A program made the translations under genes and the position numbers. DNA of 64,000 nt from Selaginella moellendorffii (lineage: Eukaryota; Plantae; Lycopodiophyta), in the NCBI RefSeq assembly GCF_000143415.4, contig NW_003314372.1:260785-324784 (forward strand). Reading direction: 5' to 3'. Below are positions 51,953-62,590 of this stretch, piece by piece. How positions within the stretch are numbered: the first letter of the stretch is position 1; every line of letters begins with the position of its first letter. The notes under the pieces were generated by a model, which was not told the origin of the DNA, did no database searches, and was given only the letters and a program-made list of their open reading frames with translations.

Positions 51953-54900
51953 ATGGCCTTCAGGGTTGGGGAAAAGGTTTACATTTTGAATGGTGGGAAG
52001 AGAGTTGCAAAAGGGACCCTTGTGTCTATGGATCGGAACTTTGTTATACACTGTCAAAGGCTTGGGGAAGGCAATGCTGCTGTATCAGTAGAGACTGTCT
52101 TCGATGGGAATGTGGTCGCTATTGAACGAGGAGAGATGGTCGTCGGGGTAAATGTTGTTGTTGCCTTGAAAAATCTTTAGAAGAAAGCAGATGTTGGGGA
52201 CAGCGCAAGTGCGACGCATGTTCCCTCCGTGGATCTTAAGAACCGTGCTACATGGATTCAGGCAAAGGTGTTTCTAAACAACCCCGAGGGGGAGGTGGTA
52301 GCTGAGGGCTTAGCCACAGTTGTCGATCCAAGAGATGCGGTTGCTAATCAAGAATTGGGCTGGGATGATATTGGAGTTGCGATTTTAGAGGTTGTTGACA
52401 CAGAAGAAAACAGTCTGACTATTGGAAGCATTGTGCGGTGGAAATTGAGGCATTTAGTGTTTGAGAATGTGAAGGATTCACAATCAAACACCACTACAAC
52501 TGATGACAGAACATCTCTTCATGGGAAAAGAAAGTACACCTTCCTAAAGCGCAGCCAAAGGGATCTGAGCAACGAACCAAAAAGGCAGAAAATGGCGATG
52601 GAGGTTCGAATGGTCTCGACAGTTGCTTGTTGCAAGAGGAGGTGCTGTCAACATGCTGATTGGGATGCTATTGAAGAGGAGAGAGCAAGATACAAGACAT
52701 TGTCCTGGAAGGCAGCTCGCAATTTTGTGTATGAGGCATTACGGTCATCTGTTGATGCTTCAGAACATCAGGTGGGGGGCATGGTCTTCCAGAGGGGTTT
52801 GGTCTGCATGAAGGCATGGAGAATCATTTATGGAGTCCCTCGAAGCACATTCTACAGAATCAAAATTGAGTTCGAGGAACAAAGGGTTCAACAGGCAGTC
52901 CATGGGAACGACGGTACGCACAAAACCAGGGGTCATGTTGTATATGAAGAGGCAATCTTCAAGAGGTTTGTCGAGACATGTAGCGAGCAGCAACCACATA
53001 AAACCCGCCTCTTGGAAGATGGAACATGAGACACCCAACGAGTTCTCCCTTCCATGTATACCAAGGGGGCCATATTGGAAGATGTGAATCGGGAACTCCA
53101 GAGTAATGGCTACAGGAAGCTGAGCCAATCTAGATTTAGTAGATTGTGGAGCAACAGGTTCAGGGATGTGAGTATAGGAAAGTACTCCAGCTTTTCAAAG
53201 TGTGACGAGTGCACTGCTATCAAAATGGCTTTGTCGAAGAATTCTTGCAGCGCTCAAGAGCGAGAGACGTTGGTTAGAAGGCGGCTCGACCACAACATCG
53301 AGCAGAGAAGCTGCAGGACTGCATATTATCATAACAGGATTCTCTCCATGGAGAGACCTGACTCTTACCTCTGCATCATCCACGACAAAATGGACCAGAA
53401 AAAGACGTGCTTACCTCGACTCAATCCTGCCCCCAAGGCAATCTCTTCATCCATGCAGCTGCCTGTGTCTCTGTTTGGCATAATTGCTCATGGGCATGGT
53501 GCCCAGAACTATGGGAACTTCTTTGTACCTCTATGGGGTGGCGGGGGTGCAAACATGATGATTGCGTCCCTAGCAAAACACTTAAGGTCTCTGCAAAGTG
53601 CGCAGACTGAGCTGAACGGCCAACCCTTGCATAAGGCCCTTGTCGATCGAACCCCATACAGGGTTCAGCTGGAGGAGGAGCAAAGGCTTGCAGTATCGCG
53701 TGGGGCCCCATGCCATCCCAATGAATATGTTGGCCGTCAGATTGTAGGGTTATCACGTGAGGCCTCATGCCATTCCGATGAGGCTGGTCGCCCGGTGAAT
53801 GCACAGCCTCATCCAAACGAAGCAGAATCTCAAGGAAGTTCTTGCGGCCGATGTGGCCTTCCACCCCATCTTCTACTCCAAACAGACAATGCTGGCAGTG
53901 AGAACAAAAACATGTACGTCTTCGCGTACTTGGCGATGCTTGTTGCCAAAGGCATATTTGAAACGGTTACACTTGGCTTTCTCATGGTTGGGCACACTCA
54001 TGAAGACGTCGATGCCATGTTCAGTCACTTGGCAGAGTCCCTCCGGTGATCCAATGTCCTCACCCTCCCACAACTCTACGATGAATTCCAAAATTGCATC
54101 AAAGGCACTGTTGAAGCTGCACTTGTGACAGAGGTTCCAGACTTTAAGGGGTTTGTAAGAGGCTACATCAGGGACGGATCCGAAATGCTGATTGGCCACT
54201 CCAAGCCTCTTCAGTTTCATTTCAGCATGCGTGACGGTGCTCCAGTGATGAGGTACAAGATGAGAGAATGGGACACAGTGTGGCTGCCAGTGGATGGCAT
54301 TGAACTCTTCAAGAGAGATCCCATAACTGGGGAACCTATGATTCCTCAGGGTTCCCCACGGCCGATGCACCCGGATGGACTCAAAGACCAGGAAAGTATA
54401 GTGGCCGGGATTAGACAGCATATTGCCTTCTGGAAGAGGGGGTTGGTGTTTGGTGGAGAATCCTATTTTAAGAGGTGCAAGCCTTTGCTCGAATACTGGG
54501 AGAAGATTATATCTGCTATCCAAAATGGGCCGGTTGTATATGAAGAATTGGAAGAGTCCTTTTGGCCAGAACCCAGAGCACCAGATAGTAGCGGAACGAT
54601 GTCCTCTGGAAATGCAGTGACAGATAACGATGTTGAGGATCACTATTGTGGGCTGAGGAACAAGAAGCCAGATTCAGCATTCAATCCAGTATAGGTCTGC
54701 AAAGGAATGGTCGTGCTTGTCAGACCCAGTAATAAAAAACAAATGATATGGGTGGGGCGCTGCATCACTGATGCAGAGGAGGACGCGGAAACTAGCTCCT
54801 TCAATGTAACTGTGGAGTGGTTCAAGCCAAGTTCCGGATATACGAAGGATTGCCTAGAAAAGAGATGGGTGCTGAATCCAAGGGATCCCAGCATGAGCAT

Positions 54901-55021
54901 ATCGGTGGATAATGTTGTGCATGGTTGGATGCGGAAGCAGAGTGCCACCATCACCTTGCCAGACCATGCAAGAGATGCAGCAAGAGCATTCATAACCCGG
55001 GTTCAAGGTGAGATTCATTAA
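51953..55021 (+). pseudogene. Sola-like DDD transposase, ~1020 codons, single frame with 4 premature stops
   Basis: ORFs at 51953, 52229, 53054, 54125 and 54707 share one frame; motifs KCDEC, IIHDKMDQ, LLQTDNAGSENKN, FLMVGHTHEDVDAMFS; stops at 52178, 53027, 54047 and 54692. Confidence 0.8.
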
Positions 55022-55026
55022 TATTC

Positions 55027-56141
55027 TGTAAGCGACTAATTTTTCCATTCTACTTTAGTCACTTAACCACACCTCCGACCACTTGGAGGAGTCTCATTCA
55101 CAACCTCCATAAGTCCCATTCAGGACTTGGGGCTTGCTAGCCCAGAGAATGGCATCCATGCCACTCAACCTTTGCACTTGGTCCAAGTGCTCCACGTGTC
55201 CGATCCCATGACCGACACCCAAAGGTACCACTGACATCTCGGCCCGTTACGCTAAGGCCATGCCCATTCACCTTTGCTGCGCAAATGGTCCAATACCACT
55301 TGCATCACCATCCCGTCTCTCCAAGATTGGGCCATCTGTCTACGAGGGGTCATCCTAGATCCACTCCTTAGCATCCTTAGGATGCCCACAGACCTGGGGA
55401 ATCGCCTTCCCCAAAGTCCCTTTGTCAGTTCCTACCAAGTCCCTTTCTGCCCCTGGCCGTGTTTGCCAACACTGCCACTGGATCGAGGCCCACAGGCCCG
55501 ACCACTAAGTCCCACGGTCCTTTGGGACTTCCTCACCACACGACTGTGTCCTTGGTCACTACCCCAGAGGACTGCTCCTCTTCCTTTCCACAGTCTGGGC
55601 CTTTGGGACAACATTTCGGAACACCGTGGCCTTACGCGAGCCACCTGGGTACTCTCCCCACCTATCGCCTTTAGGTGCTCTAGCCATGGGCTTAGAGCGA
55701 GGTTCTGTTGAGCCACGCCTGGTATCCAAGTAGGTAGTGCCACCCACACTTGGACTGGGAGCATCGGCCAGTCGATCTCCCGGGGGAACTAGAGCCGGCT
55801 CTTGAACACTTCACCAAGCTACCCCGCTTGTCGGTCCGTATTCACCCTAGTCTTGGACTTCCCAGTGGTCAATTCATCACCCAACACTGGGTCTGGCCTT
55901 CCTGGGCCAAACTGGCCTTTCCTGGCCAAACTGGCTCCACTGCAGTCCTCCCCCTACTATACTTTTGGAGCTCACCAAATCCCCCAGGGTCTGGGAGACG
56001 AACGCTTTGGGCTTTCACCCTCTCAGGCTCCGGACTCGGACTCGAACTCGGACTCGGACTCGGACTCGGACTCGGATTCGGACTCGGACTCGGGCTCGGG
56101 CTCGGTCTTGGCCTCGGCCTCGGTCTCGGTCTCGGTCCCGA

Positions 56142-56172
<31 letters not shown>

Positions 56173-59100
56173 TCCGGTCTCGGTCTCGACTTCGGACTCC
56201 ATCTCGGACTCCATCTCGGACTCCATCTCGGACTCCATCTCGGACTCCATCTCGGGTCCATCTCGGGTCCATCTCGGACTCCATCTCGGACTCCATCTCG
56301 GGTCCATCTCGGACTCCATCTCGGACTCCATTTCGGGTCCATCTCGGGTCCACCTCGGACTCCATCTCGGACTCCATCTCGGACTCCATCTCGGGTCCAT
56401 CTCGGACTCCATCTCGGACTCCATTTCGGGTCCATCTCGGGTCCACCTCGGACTCCATCTCGGACTCCATCTCGGACTCCATCTCGGGTCCATCTCGGAC
56501 TCCACTTTGGACTCCAACTCGGGTCCATCTCGGGTCCACCTCGGACTCCATCTCGGACTCCATCTCGGACTCCATCTCGGGTCCATTTCGGACTCCATCT
56601 CGGACTCCATCTCGAGTCCATCTCGGACACTCCCACGTGTCATGTGTTGGTCCTTTTGGGTCCCTTTTTGGAGCCTTGCCTTTTGCTCACTTCGTGCTCG
56701 TTCCTCGAGCACTTCGTTGGGAGTTCCACTCCCGCTCTTGACTTTTCAAGTCGGAGCTTTTGGTCCAAACGTGTTACGCTCGTTTGGCTCTCGCTTCGGC
56801 CACTACCATGTGGCGCCCTTCCGGCTCCACTTTGGGGCCTAGGGATTTTGTGTCTCACAACTCCACCACCCATAGACGAAGTTCGATGTCCTCATCGAAC
56901 GGTGAACCATTTTATAAAGTAACACCCGCATGTGTTACCATTTCCATCCTTGGCGCGTAGCCAATATTTGTCAATAGTGTGACATTGAAGGCTCACCATG
57001 CCTTCTCCATATTCGTCAATGGTTGGGCTTTGAAGGCTCACCATGCCTTTTGCATATCCTCTAAGGAGGGTAGTCTCTCCAACTTAGAGACTGATTGGAC
57101 CACATATAGTGGTTCTCTCCTTTTATGAGTTTAGTTCTCGCTAAACCCTTCTCTAAGTCAATCCCACTACTCCTTCTCGAGTAGTCTCAATTTCCATTGA
57201 TATAACCTTTGCACTTTGGAACTTTAAATTTTGACTTCTTGGAATCAATTTCCTAGGTGTCTCCGACACCTTGCCTTGCACCTTTTGTGCAACTCCACTT
57301 CCCATCCTAGGAAGTTCTTTACTCGAGGGCACCATCATCCTCTCTTCTATTTCGTGCCAAAGTTCCAGTTATCATACTTTGTGCTAGGGCTGTTCATGGC
57401 CCTATCATTTGGCTACCTTACCGCTCCCTCCCTTGGAGCTTCCACTTTCGCCAAACTGGAGCATTTCGGAATCCCTCCTTGGAAACACACTTCCTTTCCC
57501 GCAACTTGTTAGCGTCCAACACATTAGTGTTCCTCGCCTAACTTTGTCACTTGGATTCATTCCAAGGGATTCCACGGCCCTATCTTGGCCACTCATCTTT
57601 TGCTCCTATCCGTTGATTGTTGCACCAAGCGACATCGAATCTCTACCTCCCTCCTTGAGGTATTGTTTCGGTTCCATAGCAAAGACTCTTCTTTGCCAAG
57701 TCCGGAGGACGTTCACCCCTAGTACGTCTCTTTAGCATCTTCTGCTATGGGCTCTATCCACGGCCCAACTTCGTGACCCTCCCATGGGTCTTTTATAGAG
57801 ACTACTTTCCTCGGACTCACTATGCCATCGCACGGACATAGTTTATTTCCCTTAGGTGCTCTTCCCACTTGGTTATCACGACCAAGCCACACCATCTTAA
57901 ACAGTTCAATTTTAACATTTTGAACCAGGAACTTCATTCCTTAGCCAACCAAGGACCTTGTCCTTATCTGGCCATAAGATCACCTAGTGATCTCACTTTG
58001 GCACCTTAACAGAGTTGCCAAGAGGTACTTGGTTTTCTAGACCTCCAAGTTGTTGACTATAACCCCGGGGGCATCCCCCACACTTGGCGGTGCACCCAAG
58101 CTAGCCCTTACGGCCAAGGGTTCATAGCAACTGAGATTAGGTGTCCCCATCTCACTCACCACGACTTTGGTGCCACTTGCACCAAAGTGTTCAAGTTAGA
58201 TATGCTGAGCTTTCAAACTAAGCAGTCTAACCGTGCATCACGACTCCGAGGCATCCCTCGCTTGGCGGTGTGCCCAAACCAGTCTCCCCACTGAGAGTCC
58301 ATGACCACCGAAATATGAGTGTCCTCATATTCCAAACCATCACCACGCCCTAGTGATTTGGGACTCGAACCCAAGCACTAGAGGGTCGGGACTCGAACCC
58401 AACCTCCGTATATGCATCTACGGACGGCATCACACAAGATGCCTGGCGTGACTCCCCACGCCGGTGCACCAACTTATTTTTAAAGCGCGCTACAGATCAC
58501 AGCTTAGGAACCTAGTTCCTCCACACTGCCAAGTCCTCTCACTTGACATGTCTGTGATCATGCATGGACTCCTCCATGCTCGGCCCCATGGCCCACCCTT
58601 TTTGAAGTTATCACCTTCAACAAGGTCTTTGTTCCCCCGACGTGCCAATCTCACTTGGCAAGTTCTCCGACCATTGTAACATGGTTCCTGCATAAGCGTG
58701 AAAGTCCTTGACCATTGACTTTCGTTCAAAGCCCTCTCTTTGAACACTCGGGAACTACTTCCCTAACCTTGATAACCTTGCCTCATGGCAAGCTTCAAGA
58801 CCACGCTTCTGCTGCGCCACTCTGATTTCGCGCGTTCCATGAACCATTTACACTTGGCCTTTCTAGGTACTACGCTACCTAGAATCGTCTTTGGGAACCT
58901 TGAAGGAACTCTATCCCTCAGCTTGCTAAGGCCTCCCCTTTCGCAAGCTTTATAGTTGCCATATAGTCTAACATGGACAATTCCATATTTTAGACTCTCT
59001 ATGGCATCACGGTTGCTAGCAACAACATCCTCGAGCACCCTCTTGATTCTCCACTCCCAGCTGGCATAACCAACCTTGGTTATGCCCTTTGATTCCTATG

Positions 59101-61905
59101 GTTCGGTTCTATCCCCTTACTTCTTGCTTTTTGGCTTCACACCTTTCCTTTGGTCATTCTCCTCCAGACCAGGAGGATAGCTTTGCACTTTCTATCATGC
59201 CTTAGCAAGTATTCTTAGGGATGAACCTACCCAATAGCCTAGGGAGTGGTTCCTCAATCCGGGTATGCTCACCTTATAATCCAACACACTGGGATTACAT
59301 TGTTGCTTATGGGCCTTTACATGCCCATCACTAGCCTTGCCAAAATTCCATTTTTGGCTTTGTCCAACTCGGGTAGACAGTCCTCTCCTGTCTCCGCAAC
59401 CTTGAACATTTGGATAGCACCTTCTATCCATCATTCGCTAGGGACTTAGTCCCTTGGGCTTTATCCATTGCCTTCACGACATCAAACACCACCTTCTGGT
59501 GTTCTAGAGTGTTCAGGTGTCCCAATGATGGCTTTCTTGACAATGAGTATTTCCTTTTATGACATTGACTTACTATATCGCAACATAAGCAACTTATCCC
59601 CCGTAAGGGTATATCCGACTTCCCTATACTAGAAGCCTTGGGTAGCTACCTTCTACCCGTTTAACCAGTTATTTTGCACCTCTTGCTTAGTTGCCTCATG
59701 GTTGTCAAGTCCTACAACTCATTGCTTGGTGCTTGCACACCTCCATCATTATCTGGGTCACCGCACTCCAACTGCATGCGCTGCCGCTTAGGCTATGCCA
59801 TTCCCATTTCCATTGGGATTCCTTTGGCAAGGGGTTCTCATGAACCCACCAACATAGCCTCAAGGTATCACACCTTGGCACATTTGGTGTCTCCACACCA
59901 TCAGCTCCACGAGCCTACCTCTCTGACACTTCCCCTTCGTGTTTAAGTCTTTGCCAAGACCAACACCGCTCTTTCTCATGCCAACCATCCGTTAGCACTA
60001 CACCATAGAGGTCACACACAACTTTGTGTCAAAGTTGTTTTCTTCTGGGAACACCTTTCCCATAACTTTAGCATGGCACATTCTGCCATTGATGAGATAC
60101 CCTCTGTTCTCATCCTTGGATCCTATGATCCCCCCCCATCCTTTGTGGGGTACAACACACCTCAGTCCAAATGCTTCCATCAGTCCTTTTAGGACCATCC
60201 GTTGACTCTACTTGAGTCATCCAGCAGTTTTGGACTTGGTCAATCCACAGACCCGTAAGGTCCTACTTGTGAGGCACTAGCTCACTGGAATACACTTCTT
60301 GCATTCCTGTCCTACTCAAAAGCACTATTTTCACAAGTGTTACTCCGACACTTGATTTTGTTCTCTGGGGGCAACCTTTGCCCCTTAGGACTACTTGTCC
60401 ATGTGATGAGAACACCAACTCATCCACTTAATACACCCCCAACTCCTTGGGTTGTTCCAGCATTTATTAGAGGTAGCCTCGGCTACCTTTTCAAGGACTT
60501 GAGTCCTCTTCCGTATTTGACCTTCCACGGTCATTACCTTTGGTCTCACATTCATGAGCACCAACCTCAACTATATGAGGAAAACCTTGCACTGTTCCCA
60601 AGATCCCAAAGTCGTTCCATTATTGGCACTTTTCTATCCACCACCTTGTCTACAAGTTCACACATGAACTGTAATGGAGAGCCATATCTTCCCGACTTGC
60701 TACTCCTCAAGGATAGGCCCACTCCTCGGACCTTCCGATGCCAACACTAGTGGTGATATACTTGAGCACCAATAAAAGTCGGACTAAGGAACAGCTCCGA
60801 TACCAAGTTGTAAGCGACTAATTTTTCCATTCTACTTTAGTCACTTAACCACACCTCCGACCACTTGGAGGAGTCTCATTCACAACCTCCATAAGTCCCA
60901 TTCAGGACTTGGGGCTTGCTAGCCCAGAGAATGGCATCCATGCCACTCAACCTTTGCACTTGGTCCAAGTGCTCCACGTGTCCGATCCCATGACCGACAC
61001 CCAAAGGTACCACTGACATCTCGGCCCGTTACGCTAAGGCCATGCCCATTCACCTTTGCTGCGCAAATGGTCCAATACCACTTGCATCACCATCCCGTCT
61101 CTCCAAGACTGGGCCATCTGTCTACGAGGGGTCATCCTAGATCCACTCCTTAGCATCCTTAGGATGCCCACAGACCTGGGGAATCGCCTTCCCCAAAGTC
61201 CCTTTGTCAGTTCCTACCAAGTCCCTTTCTGCCCCTGGCCGTATTTGCCAACACTGCCACTGGATCGAGGCCCACAGGCCCGACCACTAAGTCCCACGGT
61301 CCTTTGGGACTTCCTCACCACACAACTGTGTCCTTGGTCACTACCCCAGAGGACTGCTCCTCTTCCTTTCCACAATCTGGGCCTTTGTGACAACATTTCG
61401 GAACACCGTGGCCTTACGCGAGCCACCTGGGTACTCTCCCCACCTATCGCCTTTAGGTGCTCTAGCCATGGGCTTAGAGCGAGGTTCCGTTGAGCCACGC
61501 CTGGTATCCAAGTAGGTAGTGCCACCCACACTTGGACTGGGAGCATCGGCCAGTCGATCTCCCGGGGGAACTAGAGCCGGCTCTTGAACACTTCACCAAG
61601 CTACCCCGCTTGTCGGTCCGTATTCACCCTAGTCTTGGACTTCCCAGTGGTCAATTCATCACCCAACACTGGGTCTGGCCTTCCTGGGCCAAACTGGCCT
61701 TTCCTGGCCAAACTGGCTCCACTGCAGTCCTCCCCCTACTATACTTTTGGAGCTCACCAAACCCCCCAGGGTCTGGGAGACGAACGCTTTGGGCTTTCAC
61801 CCTCTCAGGCTCCGGACTCGGACTCGGACTCGGACTCGGATTCGGACTCGGACTCGGGCTCGGGCTCGGTCTTAGCCTCGGCCTCGGTCTCGGTCTCGGT
61901 CCCGA

Positions 61906-61936
<31 letters not shown>

Positions 61937-62590
61937 TCCGGTCTCGGTCTCGACTTCGGACTCCATCTCGGACTCCATCTCGGACTCCATCTCGGACTCC
62001 ATCTCGGACTCCATCTCGGACTCCATCTCGGGTCCATCTCGGACTCCATCTCGGACTCCATCTCGGGTCCATCTCGGACTCCATCTCGGACTCCATCTCG
62101 GACTCCATCTCGGGTCCATCTCGGACTCCATCTCGGACTCCATTTCGGGTCCATCTCGGGTCCACCTCGGACTCCATCTCGGACTCCATCTCGGACTCCA
62201 TCTCGGGTCCATCTCGGACTCCACTTTGGACTCCAACTCGGGTCCATCTCGGGTCCACCTCGGACTCCATCTCGGACTCCATCTCGGACTCCATCTCGGA
62301 CTCCATCTCGGGTCCATTTCGGACTCCATCTCGGACTCCATCTCGAGTCCATCTCGGACACTCCCACGTGTCATGTGTTGGTCCTTTTGGGTCCCTTTTT
62401 GGAGCCTTGCCTTTTGCTCACTTCGTGCTCGTTCCTCGAGCACTTCGTTGGGAGTTCCACTCCCGCTCTTGACTTTTCAAGTCGGAGCTTTTGGTCCAAA
62501 CGTGTTACGCTCGTTTGGCTCTCGCTTCGGCCACTACCATGTGGCGCCCTTCCGGCTCCACTTTGGGGCCTAGGGATTTTGTGTCTCACA
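55027..62590 (-). mobile_element. Intact non-autonomous LTR retrotransposon (LARD-like), family A, 7564 bp
   Basis: LTRs 55027-56859 and 60809-62590 (TG...CA, nearly identical); TSD TATTC (55022-55026, 62591-62595); minus-strand PBS TGGTATCGGAGC (60805-60794); purine-rich GGGTGGTGGAG next to the left LTR; 3.9-kb interior without a long ORF. Confidence 0.95.
56028..56628. repeat. LTR-internal micro/minisatellite: (CTCGGA)n, (CTCGGT)n, then 12-bp (GACTCCATCTCG)n; second copy at ~61810-62359
   Basis: Direct read; copy number differs between the two LTRs. Confidence 0.92.

Noticed and set aside
55750-56922. Long overlapping ORFs (up to 390 aa; also at 61532-62632, 1454-2280, 4018-4534, 7534-7881) with GLGL, SDSISD and SRTP repeats
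   Set aside because: Artefacts of stop-free 6- and 12-bp repeats inside LTRs; open in nearly all frames
58361-58399. tRNA gene
   Set aside because: Only T-arm-like hairpins; no D-arm, anticodon arm or acceptor stem
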